From Myxococcales bacterium (lineage in GTDB: Bacteria; Myxococcota_A; Polyangia; Polyangiales; Polyangiaceae): a DNA stretch of 23,610 nucleotides. This document shows positions 1-8,011 of this stretch, in pieces; position 1 is the first letter of the stretch, and each line of letters starts with the position of its first letter. The notes beneath the pieces are model-generated. The model had not been told where the DNA came from. It saw only the letters and a list, made by a program, of their open reading frames with translations, and searched no databases. The translations under genes and the position numbers were made by a program. The stretch is from NCBI GenBank assembly GCA_043747615.1, contig JAYTOU010000092.1, positions 1-23,610 on the forward strand. Direction: 5' to 3'.

Positions 1-122
1 TTCCGCCCTCGCGGATGGCTGGCTGAGGGCGATCGGCGCGCCTCAAAAATGGGGAAATCTAGTTGTCGTCCGTGGGGAGATGTAATTGTCGCTCAGCAGA
101 CGGCCGCTAACCGAGCCGATCG

Positions 123-812
123 TCAGGGCTTCGCAGATGCCGGCGGAGGAGCGCTAGTGGCTGTCGCAAGCTCATGGATCGCGACGAGCTGGGCGGCGAG
201 CGAATCGCTGAGCAGCTTCTCCATCGCGCTCACGTCGACACTTCCTTGCTTCCAAGCCGAATCCGCCAAGTCCAGCGCTGCGTAGTAGGGATGTTTGTTC
301 GCCGCAATTCGCTCGGGAATGGTGACCGTGCCTGGTAATCGGAGACCGAGTCTCGTGCAGAGCACGAGGTATGAGACCGCGCGAGAGGTTCTCCCATTCC
401 CGTCGTTGAACGGGTGGATCCAGTTCAATCGCCACATCAAGTAGGCCGACAAATGAACGGGCGAAGACGACCAGTTATCAGCGACGTATTCACACATTTC
501 GTCGACGTACTGGGGCACATCTTCTGCCGGCGGTGGCTGGTGAGCCGTGCCGGAAATGCCGATCGGGCCAAGACGAAACGCGCCGGGCGAAGGCATAAGG
601 CCCTCTACCGCGTAGCGATTTAGTTCCATCATGGTCGACGGGCGCAGCCGATAGGGGTTCGCTCCTTTGGCGATGGCCGAATCGATCAGTTCGACCATTC
701 GATCGAATTGCCGGAGCCCGTTCTCGGCTTCCCGGAGAGCCTCCTCCTCGGGAGTGAGGTTGGCTAGTACCGGTATTTCCCCGGGAATGCTGGAGCGATC
801 ACTTCCGCTCAT
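123..812 (-). CDS. fic: Fic-domain protein (putative AMP transferase toxin), 229 aa
   Basis: Canonical Fic motif HPFNDGNGRTSR (381-416). Start moved from 878 to ATG at 812 (MSGSDR), which overlaps the end of the upstream small ORF. Confidence 0.9.
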   Translation of the reverse strand: MSGSDRSSIPGEIPVLANLTPEEEALREAENGLRQFDRMVELIDSAIAKGANPYRLRPSTMMELNRYAVEGLMPSPGAFRLGPIGISGTAHQPPPAEDVPQYVDEMCEYVADNWSSSPVHLSAYLMWRLNWIHPFNDGNGRTSRAVSYLVLCTRLGLRLPGTVTIPERIAANKHPYYAALDLADSAWKQGSVDVSAMEKLLSDSLAAQLVAIHELATATSAPPPASAKP

Positions 813-969
813 GCTCGAGCTTGCGGGCTGCAGCGTCGACTGTCTCGCGGGTGACGCGCGAGTTTTCGATGTTGGCATTCCCGAAAGCGAAACTTCGCCG
901 TTGCTGCTCTTCTTCCGTCGGAGTCATGACTGCACGGCGCGCCGCCTCGATCATTTCGTCCAAGTTCAT
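799..969 (-). CDS. Small putative Fic antitoxin (VbhA/FicA-like), 56 aa
   Basis: ATG at 969 with AGGAG 6 nt upstream; overlaps fic start by 14 nt; contains GNANIEN, resembling the (S/T)xxxE(G/N) Fic-inhibitory motif. Confidence 0.7.
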   Translation of the reverse strand: MNLDEMIEAARRAVMTPTEEEQQRRSFAFGNANIENSRVTRETVDAAARKLEHERK

Positions 970-1179
970 CGGTCGCTCCTGTGTGGGGCCTGAACGTTTG
1001 TCAGGGCAGCCAGAATGACATAGTTCCATTCATCTTCGCCAGCAAGTGGGGTTCTGAATGGGATGGAGCAGTTTCCGGAAGGCATGAGGTTGTAACGGCT
1101 CGTCTTTCAGGCGGCGACGGCGGCGTCACTTTTTTCTAATGCCAGCATTGCCTTTGGTGCGGCGAGTTCGTGGTGGCGA

Positions 1180-2670
1180 TCAAGACCCGCCTGCTGCGTC
1201 CGATAGATCGCGCAGCGGGTGCCCCTCCGTCGTCCGATCGACGTAGCGGCCCTCGTATCCAAGAAGGCGCAGAAAAACGCGGTCGAACAACGTCCGATAC
1301 GCGTTCCCGAACCGAGCTAGGTTTTCCAATTCTTCTTCGGCTCCCGCTCCATGCGCGGAGCGATGACGAGCGTCGAGCGCTGCTTTCTCACGCTTGCCGA
1401 CCGTTAGCTTGATTTCATCGAAGAAGGCCCGGAGTTGCACCGTGAACCCCATGCGGTTCGCCCCAGCGAGCGTTCTCCCGATTTCGTCCGCGGCCCCCTT
1501 CTCCTGAAGGCGCTTCTGGAGCTCGGCGATCAGGTCTCCAGTGATTGCATCAAACGCGTCCTTCGACATGTGAAGGCCCTTGCTCTTCGAACGAGTCGAG
1601 GAGAACCAGTTCCGTTTCAACGCTTCGACCGCGGCGGCAAAAATTGGGAGATCGATTGATGCCGGAGACTCCTTCGCGATCCAGTAGCTCCAGAGCGCGT
1701 CGCTGAGCCCGAGTGGCTCGCGAGCGGCGAGATAGCGCGGGACGAGATCGACGAGGAGCAACTCGAGAGCTGCGCCGTCATAGTGGAACGGCACCGGAGG
1801 GTGGTCGGCGCTGCGGCACAGCGTTCGAATGTTTGAGCCCCACGGATTGACGGACTCCTCCTCTATGACCGATCCCGTCGGATCGAAAGTGGTGGAGCCC
1901 ACACGCATCATGCGACGGCCGAGAACGAAGGAGACGATCTCTCCCAGCGCGCTTCGCGTTTCCAAGTCAGGAAAGGGCGCTAGGAAGTCGAGGCTCACCG
2001 CGCGTAAGTCGCCGGCTGCGTGTTCCTCGGGAACCTGGGAGAGAGCGAAGCGTAACCCCGGCGCATCCACAACAATGTGGTCCCACGCGCCTCCGAGTCC
2101 GCCGCCTCCTGGGAGATCAACAGTCTGGAACTTCCGCTCTCGCGCGAAGGATGTTGCGCGACGCCTCGTGGTCCTGTTCGTGAAGCGGATGTGCGTCGCG
2201 CCATTGATGTACCAATCGGACATCCAGGCGGGTGCCAGAAGCGCCTCCGAGTCCGGCAGTTCATTGATGCCCAGGACAAGCTTATTTGCCCACGTCCGAC
2301 GTAGGCGGAATGGCGACCCGCGTTGCGTGAAGCGAGATTCGCGTCCGGTCATCACAAGCGACGATGGGACGTGCTCTAGGTGCATTTTGAGGTCGAGCCG
2401 GGCCCCATATGCGTCGAACGAGGTCTCGACGGCAGGGTAGAACGCGCCAAGCGGGATGGCGTCTTGCTCCTCGCGCCGACGCCCGAGCTCCGGCGAATCC
2501 TTGAGCACTCCCTCGGCAACGAGTGTGAGCTGAAGGTTATCGTCGCGAGCAATCGTGACCTTTGTGACGCCCGGCATGAACGGGGGCGCTGGGAATTTTG
2601 CGCATTCTACGACGAGCGGCCTTGCCGCCGCCTCCCACTCAATCGCCTGTTCAAGGAAAGGCTCGCTCAT
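1180..2670 (-). CDS. ApeA-like HEPN-domain protein (putative RNase / anti-phage effector), 496 aa
   Basis: ATG at 2670 with AGGAG RBS; C-terminal helical region with FAAAVEAL and Rx4H motif RHRSAH (1351-1368); beta-rich N-terminal region with an IVSFVLGR segment as in ApeA-type proteins. Confidence 0.7.
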   Translation of the reverse strand: MSEPFLEQAIEWEAAARPLVVECAKFPAPPFMPGVTKVTIARDDNLQLTLVAEGVLKDSPELGRRREEQDAIPLGAFYPAVETSFDAYGARLDLKMHLEHVPSSLVMTGRESRFTQRGSPFRLRRTWANKLVLGINELPDSEALLAPAWMSDWYINGATHIRFTNRTTRRRATSFARERKFQTVDLPGGGGLGGAWDHIVVDAPGLRFALSQVPEEHAAGDLRAVSLDFLAPFPDLETRSALGEIVSFVLGRRMMRVGSTTFDPTGSVIEEESVNPWGSNIRTLCRSADHPPVPFHYDGAALELLLVDLVPRYLAAREPLGLSDALWSYWIAKESPASIDLPIFAAAVEALKRNWFSSTRSKSKGLHMSKDAFDAITGDLIAELQKRLQEKGAADEIGRTLAGANRMGFTVQLRAFFDEIKLTVGKREKAALDARHRSAHGAGAEEELENLARFGNAYRTLFDRVFLRLLGYEGRYVDRTTEGHPLRDLSDAAGGS

Positions 2671-2943
2671 GTCCGCTCCTGATCGGGCGTCGTGCCCTGT
2701 GATCGCACTCTGCCATCTTCGAACCCGTGGCGTATGACTCGTACGCGCTGAGTGGGTCCGAACGGACCTCGTCACCTGAGTGTTGCCGCCACCGGCTGCC
2801 GCCCTTTGATCGCATCCGAGTTGCGATTTACCCATGAATTGTGCGTCCTCAAGCGGATTACTTATCCGCTCAAGAGTCTCGGCGCGGCTTCTATCGCTTC
2901 AGAGACACCGCTTCTACGCCCGGTAGCGTGATAAAATTTCAGA

Positions 2944-3360
2944 ATGCGAAAACCTGCTGTCGCCCTCGCGTTTTGTCTGGTCGCTTCGTTCGCGCTGGGC
3001 GCGCAAGGCCAGCCCACCGGGCAACGGTCGGCGCTTCAATTTCGATGGGAAATGGATGTGACCTATCCGGACAACGAACGGAAATCGTTCGCCGTCATGC
3101 CTGATGGCGCACAAATTCCCATCCGCTCGAGCAGCTGGAAATGCTTCTATCCGGCGATTCAAAGCACCGTGGACGCGGACGCATACGTGGAAACGATGCA
3201 CGTGCAATGCGACACGGCCGCGGGCGCATCAATGCCGGTTGTGGTGCTGTGCGGCAGGAAGGATGCGACGGCCATCTCAGGTGCTGAAGCCTTCGTGATC
3301 TTCGATCCAAAGACGAGCGCAAGGCATGCTGTTCACGTGACTTGCAAGCCAAGACCGTGA
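2944..3360 (+). CDS. Secreted hypothetical protein with four Cys in the mature part, 138 aa
   Basis: Signal peptide MRKPAVALAFCLVASFALGAQG; beta-rich mature region; fills the gap between flanking genes. Confidence 0.7.
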   Translation: MRKPAVALAFCLVASFALGAQGQPTGQRSALQFRWEMDVTYPDNERKSFAVMPDGAQIPIRSSSWKCFYPAIQSTVDADAYVETMHVQCDTAAGASMPVVVLCGRKDATAISGAEAFVIFDPKTSARHAVHVTCKPRP

Positions 3361-3375
3361 ACGTCGAACGCGTCA

Positions 3376-3696
3376 TCACCAGAACCTAAAGGTTAGGGTG
3401 CACGCGGCTTGGGACTGGATCGTGACGGTGCTCTTGTCCCAGGCGGTGACGAGGGTCCCGTTGTAGCCGCCCGTGTTCCACACCACGGCATACTCCGTGG
3501 GAATGCGCCCTAGATTGTGCTTGATGACGATGCTCTGCCCCGCAGTAAAGGGGATCGGCGCGGTCTTGTAGCTCGTCATGGGAGCGCCGAGGTTCGTGAT
3601 CCTGGCCTGCTGGATCGCGTCCTGCCCGGCGAAGTGGGCGACGAGGCCGCCACCGGTGCGCATGACGATCGATTGCTTCGACGGTTTGATCGGCAT
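3376..3696 (-). CDS. Hypothetical beta-rich phage protein (HNLG motif, possibly virion/tail associated), 106 aa
   Basis: TGATG coupling to upstream ORF; IVIKHNLGRIP resembles motifs in phage tail-associated beta domains. Confidence 0.65.
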   Translation of the reverse strand: MPIKPSKQSIVMRTGGGLVAHFAGQDAIQQARITNLGAPMTSYKTAPIPFTAGQSIVIKHNLGRIPTEYAVVWNTGGYNGTLVTAWDKSTVTIQSQAACTLTFRFW

Positions 3697-3860
3697 CAGC
3701 GGACTCCCGCAAGTCGCTTGAAGGCCTCTTCGAGCAATTCCAACTGCCGTGCGATGCCGGCACGTGCCTCCGCGTCGAACGCGCTTGGATCCTTCGATTC
3801 CACCGTTCGCGTCAGCCGTGTGATCAGCGCTTTTCCTAGTGCGTCTGCCTGCTTTTTCAT
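3696..3860 (-). CDS. Small helical hypothetical protein, 54 aa (MKKQADALGK...)
   Basis: ATGA overlap with upstream stop (3857-3860), TGATG overlap downstream, AAGGAG RBS; C-terminal part of listed ORF 3696..4109. Confidence 0.7.
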   Translation of the reverse strand: MKKQADALGKALITRLTRTVESKDPSAFDAEARAGIARQLELLEEAFKRLAGVR

Positions 3861-4327
3861 TTTCTGGTCTCCTTCGTTGGTGTCAGTCGATTGGTGAGGC
3901 GTTCTCGAAGCTCTGGATTGTTCGCGGTCGACTTGAAGAGAGCGTCCGCAAGCGCGGCGGCGAGCTCCTCTTCGCCGAGGGCCGATGCGTCGCGGTGCTT
4001 CTCGATGACGGGGCGTTCCTTGCGCGCCCACCGTTGCGGGAACCTGCGTTCCAAAAGCCAGGCTGCGCACTGCCAGGTCTTCCCCTCGAGCGCGGCCGAT
4101 CGGATGCACTGGACTAACGCGAGCTCGCCGTCAGCTTCGGCCCTTTTTATTCGCACGGAAAACTCGGAATACGGCTCTTCACCGCTGCGCCCGCGCGCGA
4201 GCCAATGACAAAGTGTGTCGGGATGGATGCCGGCGGACCGTGCGGCCGTGGACCTAGCGTTCCCTTCGCGAAGTGCGGCGATCACGCGTTGCGCCGTGAC
4301 GTCGTCGAGCTTGGTAGGCCTAGCCAC
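3857..4327 (-). CDS. HTH protein, putative terminase small subunit, 156 aa
   Basis: MARPTKL start, HTH (AARSAGIHPDTLCHW) and WQCAAWLLERRFPQRW motif typical of phage TerS-like HTH proteins. Confidence 0.7.
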   Translation of the reverse strand: MARPTKLDDVTAQRVIAALREGNARSTAARSAGIHPDTLCHWLARGRSGEEPYSEFSVRIKRAEADGELALVQCIRSAALEGKTWQCAAWLLERRFPQRWARKERPVIEKHRDASALGEEELAAALADALFKSTANNPELRERLTNRLTPTKETRK

Positions 4328-4799
4328 GAGGGGCCCCCATCGGGTCCAGTACCCGTCGGAGGTGGCACTCGATACCGCCTGTTTCTGGCTCGAGAGCCAC
4401 CGTCTCTCGGTCGCTTAGACGATTCGCGTTAGACGATCGCGGCGATGCGGGAACGGCTTTCGCGCACTTGGCGGAGTCGGCGGGCGACTCGATGCCGGCG
4501 ATGCGTCGGAACGCACGAAGCGGGAGGACGGCGAGCGGTTCGCCACCGGTCTCGCTCATCACGACGCACGGCACGTCGCCAGGGTCACCGTACTTGGCGG
4601 CTTGTAAGAGCGCCGAGGTGACGATCTTTGGAAGCTTCGCCCGCGTCTTCACCTCGACAGTCAGGCGGACGCCGCAAGGGAGCGTGACCGGCTCGACGTC
4701 GGGCGCCGACTCGTAGCGCGCACGGAGTACCCGACGGGAGCCGAGTAGGTCCGCGGCCTGGCGCTCACGCCGGGCGGCACGTGCATGGGGGCGCGCCAT
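4320..4799 (-). CDS. PD-(D/E)xK nuclease, Holliday junction resolvase-like, 159 aa
   Basis: N-terminal RRERQAA helix, PD motif and VEVK motif; directly follows dnaB as in phage replication modules. Confidence 0.7.
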   Translation of the reverse strand: MARPHARAARRERQAADLLGSRRVLRARYESAPDVEPVTLPCGVRLTVEVKTRAKLPKIVTSALLQAAKYGDPGDVPCVVMSETGGEPLAVLPLRAFRRIAGIESPADSAKCAKAVPASPRSSNANRLSDRETVALEPETGGIECHLRRVLDPMGAPRG

Positions 4800-6212
4800 C
4801 TACTCGTCCACCGCGCTGAGGTTGAAGAAGTTCGTGTACTCGCGATCGAACCCGAGCTTGGCCATGCCGTCGGGCCCGTTCCGTTGCTTGGCGATGATGA
4901 TCTCCGCGAGGTTGTCGCGGTACTTGTGCCCGCCCGTGTCGCGCTTCGCGTAGTAGTCCTCGCGGTAGATGAACGAGATCCGGTCGGCGTCCTGCTCGAT
5001 GGCGCCCGACTCGCGAAGGTGTCGGAGCTGCGGGCGCTTGTCCTTTTCCTTCTCCGCCTCTCGGCTCACTTGAACGAGCGCCATCACCGGGATCTTCATG
5101 TCCATCGCGAGGAGCTTCAGACCGCGCGAGGCCTCGGCTACGTCTTGCTCGCGGTTGGCGCGCCTCTGCAGCGGGCGGAGTAGCCCGAGGTGGTCGACGA
5201 TGATGAGCCCAAGGCGCTTCTTCTGGCGCTCGAGTTGGACGCGGAGGCGGCGCGCCTTTGAGATGATGTCGAGCACTGACATGCTCGGTGTGTCGTCGAT
5301 GAACATCGGAGCGGGGAAGCCCGCGATCTCCATTCCCGCCGTCTGAAAACGGTTCCATTCGCTTTGCGAGAGCTCGCCCCGCTGCGCTCTCATCACGTCT
5401 ATCTTTCCGCGTGCGCATACCATCCGGAGCGCGCACTGCTTCCGAGGCATCTCCATCGAGAAGACACCGACCCCATCGCCGTTGCTGGCGACGTTCATTC
5501 CCACATTCAGCGCGTACGCCGTTTTTCCCATCCCGGTCCGTGCGGCAACGACGTCGAGATCTCCGGGCTTGAGCCCGCCCGTAAGGCGGTCGACCTTCGC
5601 GAAGCCAGTCGAGAGCCCCGCGAGCCCATCACCGCGGGCGCTCGCGGCCATCATGTCGGCAACCACGTCCTTCAGGACCGTTCCCGCTTCGACGGCGCTC
5701 GATGCATCGGAGATCTGCGCGAGCTCGAAGACTGCGCGCTCGGTCTCCTCGATGAACGCCTGAGCGTCGCCGTAGTCGTGGTAGGCGCCGACGGTCGCCC
5801 GGCGGCACACCTCGGCGAGCTGTCGTATCCGCCACTTGTCCCGAACCGGCTTCCCGTAGGCAACGACGTTCGCGACCGCGGGCGCGGCGCTCAGTACTTC
5901 GGTGAGGTAGACGAAGCCGCCCACCTGCGCGATTCGTGACGTGTCCTTCAGCCGCGTGGCGACCGTTAGAATGTCGATCGGCGTGAAGTTCGCCTCGAGC
6001 CAGCGCGCGGCCTCGAAGATCCTCGCGTGCGCCTCCGAGTAGAAGTGCTCCGGCTCTAGGAAGCTGAGCTTTCCGAGCGCGGTAGCATCGATCATCACCG
6101 CGGAGAGGCACGCGGCTTCAGCGTCGAGATCGTGCGGCGGCGCTAAGCCGTCGTCCGTGCGTCCATTGGTCCGCGATGCGGAGTTGAACGGGATGACCGC
6201 TGCCGACGTCAT
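4800..6212 (-). CDS. dnaB: Replicative DNA helicase DnaB (element-encoded), 470 aa
   Basis: PPHDLDAE N-terminus, Walker A AARTGMGKT, FSMEM, IIVDHL, LRESGAIEQDAD, IIAKQRNGP; ATG at 6212 overlaps the upstream stop (ATGA). Confidence 0.96.
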   Translation of the reverse strand: MTSAAVIPFNSASRTNGRTDDGLAPPHDLDAEAACLSAVMIDATALGKLSFLEPEHFYSEAHARIFEAARWLEANFTPIDILTVATRLKDTSRIAQVGGFVYLTEVLSAAPAVANVVAYGKPVRDKWRIRQLAEVCRRATVGAYHDYGDAQAFIEETERAVFELAQISDASSAVEAGTVLKDVVADMMAASARGDGLAGLSTGFAKVDRLTGGLKPGDLDVVAARTGMGKTAYALNVGMNVASNGDGVGVFSMEMPRKQCALRMVCARGKIDVMRAQRGELSQSEWNRFQTAGMEIAGFPAPMFIDDTPSMSVLDIISKARRLRVQLERQKKRLGLIIVDHLGLLRPLQRRANREQDVAEASRGLKLLAMDMKIPVMALVQVSREAEKEKDKRPQLRHLRESGAIEQDADRISFIYREDYYAKRDTGGHKYRDNLAEIIIAKQRNGPDGMAKLGFDREYTNFFNLSAVDE

Positions 6213-7075
6213 ATTGCCCCCGTTGGGCGCCGGCGTTGGTCCATCGCATCGACGGGCATCGCGTGCATGAGGCGCTCGAGCATCGCGTCGATCTGTTGGT
6301 GAGGGTTCGCGACAGGCTCTTCGCCTGCCGGTGGTTCCCACTCGGGCGGCGCCGAGACAGGTACCCAGGCGGGATAGTTCTCGGCGGTGATGGGCGAGCG
6401 CATCCAGCCACGGAACGCGGCCTCCCAGTCGGCATAGCGGTAATTTTTGGCGATCGCCTTGTCCCGAAAGCCCACGATGACGTCATGCGGGTTCGGCAGG
6501 CCCTCGGCTTTGCACATCGCCTCGATGGCCGGCGAGACGGCGAAGTCGTCGGGAAGTGCCGTGAGCACGCGTTTGCGCGGCAGGCTTCTCTTTGTTCCTT
6601 TGACTGAGTTCCTTTGTCTTTGTTCCTTTGTAGTCCTCTCCGACCTACCCCCCTTAGTCCTCTCCGGACCATCCCCCTGGTTCCCTCCGACCTGTCCCGC
6701 AGTCCTCTCCGGACTAGGTTCCACGACCTGATCGGCAGTTCTCTCCGGACTAGGGTTAGGTCGCTCCGACCTGGGGCGAGTCGTCTCCGGACTCGGAACG
6801 GGCGTGAAGCGATACGAGTGCCGCGAGCCTTTTTCTTCGGTGGTTTGAATCAAGTTCAGCCTCTTCAGTTCCTTGATCGCTCGTTTCGTAGCGCTCTCTC
6901 CGCAACCCGCGTCGGCGGCGATCGTCTTGATAGAGGGCCAGCATTCGGCCCCAGCGTTCATGCGCAGCACGAGCACCAGCAGCACCGCCTTGGCGGGACC
7001 GCGGACGTCTCGCCTGTCGCGAATCGAGTTCAACGCCCTCAGAGGGTTGAAGGGCGCCGGCGGGTCCGTCGTCAC
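6209..7075 (-). CDS. Phage replication initiator (N-terminal winged HTH, lambda O-like organisation), 288 aa
   Basis: CWPSIKTIAADAGCGESATKRAIKELKRLNLI HTH; repetitive central linker; C-terminal YRYADWEAAFRGW motif; directly upstream of dnaB. Confidence 0.85.
   Translation of the reverse strand: MTTDPPAPFNPLRALNSIRDRRDVRGPAKAVLLVLVLRMNAGAECWPSIKTIAADAGCGESATKRAIKELKRLNLIQTTEEKGSRHSYRFTPVPSPETTRPRSERPNPSPERTADQVVEPSPERTAGQVGGNQGDGPERTKGGRSERTTKEQRQRNSVKGTKRSLPRKRVLTALPDDFAVSPAIEAMCKAEGLPNPHDVIVGFRDKAIAKNYRYADWEAAFRGWMRSPITAENYPAWVPVSAPPEWEPPAGEEPVANPHQQIDAMLERLMHAMPVDAMDQRRRPTGAI
6590..6793. repeat. Iteron array plus T-rich repeats: putative replication origin inside the initiator gene
   Basis: About seven copies of consensus AGTCCTCTCC(G)GAC at 6632, 6656, 6680, 6701, 6737, 6759, 6779; adjacent CTTTGTTCCTTTG at 6590 and 6618. 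Confidence 0.75.
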
Positions 7076-7260
7076 CTCCGCGCGCCTCCGTGCTTTCGAA
7101 CGGGCGGCGTGCTTGCGGCAAGCCTCTGCGAGTACCGCAGTCGCAATCCCGCTAGCGCGACACGGCCCCCGGGAGTTCGATCGTCAAGAAGCGACAGAGC
7201 CTCGCGGAGCGTCTCGAGCTCGACCTCGTCAACGGCGCCTGCCGCCGGTGCGTGATTCAC
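7072..7260 (-). CDS. Small hypothetical protein, 62 aa
   Basis: GTGA overlaps at both ends (7257-7260 and 7072-7075) indicate translational coupling. Confidence 0.65.
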   Translation of the reverse strand: MNHAPAAGAVDEVELETLREALSLLDDRTPGGRVALAGLRLRYSQRLAASTPPVRKHGGARR

Positions 7261-7685
7261 CGCGCCCCCGCTTTCGGCACCAGGCCGAGCGCCGCGCGGA
7301 TCGCGTCGTCATCGTTGGGCGGCCTCTCGGACGGAACCAAGCGCAGAGGGCGTCTTTTCGATCGAGCCATGACGCGATCAGAGGCCGCCTGCGTCATCAG
7401 CCGGCATTTCCCCTTCTCGGTGACTCCCTCGTCGCCGGCTCGGAAGGAGATACCCCACTCCCGAAGGAACGTCCCTTTTGTCGGTGCCCACGCGGGGCGC
7501 TGGATCTGCGTGTAGACGCGAGGGCCTTCGTCGACCTCCTCGATCTCCGCGAGCTGGGAATCGATCTCCGCAATCTCTGCGAAGAGCTCTGCGCGTCGGC
7601 GTAGGAGTGGGACGCGGAGCACTACGCGTTGCGGTACGTTCAAAGTATTTTTCAATGGATCCTCGGGCGAACGTCTTGGCCACAC
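7257..7685 (-). CDS. Hypothetical phage protein (start uncertain)
   Basis: Stop overlaps next start; coiled-coil-like segment LFAEIAEIDSQLAEIEE; co-oriented in operon. Confidence 0.6.
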   Translation of the reverse strand: MWPRRSPEDPLKNTLNVPQRVVLRVPLLRRRAELFAEIAEIDSQLAEIEEVDEGPRVYTQIQRPAWAPTKGTFLREWGISFRAGDEGVTEKGKCRLMTQAASDRVMARSKRRPLRLVPSERPPNDDDAIRAALGLVPKAGAR

Positions 7686-7724
7686 CGGGAAGAAGCGCGG
7701 GGCGTTCGCGTCTACGGGTGGAGG

Positions 7725-7940
7725 TCAGGCCGCGCGCGGCGGATCCGACTGCTGAAGGCCGGAAGTGATGAGCACGTGCGTGCCCCAGCGAATCCCGAGG
7801 CCAGCTGCGCCTCGATACAGAGCGTTTCGGCTTACGCGAAGGCGCTCGGAGACAGCCCGTTCGCCCTTGGCGCGAATCTCGTCGCGCAGCTTGTTTTGGA
7901 GTTCCTCTGGGAGCGGTGTCCCCGTTGACCGATTGCTCAT
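7725..7940 (-). CDS. Small Cro-like HTH regulator, 71 aa
   Basis: GERAVSERLRVSRNALYR HTH-like pattern; AGAGGG upstream of ATG; position ahead of replication genes. Confidence 0.6.
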   Translation of the reverse strand: MSNRSTGTPLPEELQNKLRDEIRAKGERAVSERLRVSRNALYRGAAGLGIRWGTHVLITSGLQQSDPPRAA

Positions 7941-8011
7941 GCCCTCTATGTCTTGAGGAGGAGAGCAAAAGTGGGAACCGGCTTGCGCGCCGTTGGTTTC
8001 CTAGATTCGGC

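Noticed and set aside
1113..1135. Rho-independent terminator (GGCGACG-GCGG-CGTCACT + T run)
   Set aside because: Stem is short with a mismatch and the T tract is on the plus strand while both flanking genes are on the minus strand.
2671..2835. 55-aa N-terminal extension of the HEPN ORF (also the long extensions of dnaB to 6341 and the hydrolase to 16888)
   Set aside because: Better starts with RBS, stop/start overlap or lipoprotein signal exist downstream; extensions are low-complexity or overlap other genes.
4800..6212. Host chromosomal dnaB locus
   Set aside because: Coupled to a phage-type initiator and resolvase inside the att-bounded region, without housekeeping neighbours.
6632..6793. 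CRISPR array
   Set aside because: Repeats are about 15 bp and degenerate, spacers too short and irregular, all inside a coding gene, no cas genes.
7635..7660. AT-rich patch as sigma-70 promoter in the element
   Set aside because: TTGAAA/TTGAAC hexamers on the minus strand have no properly spaced -10 element.
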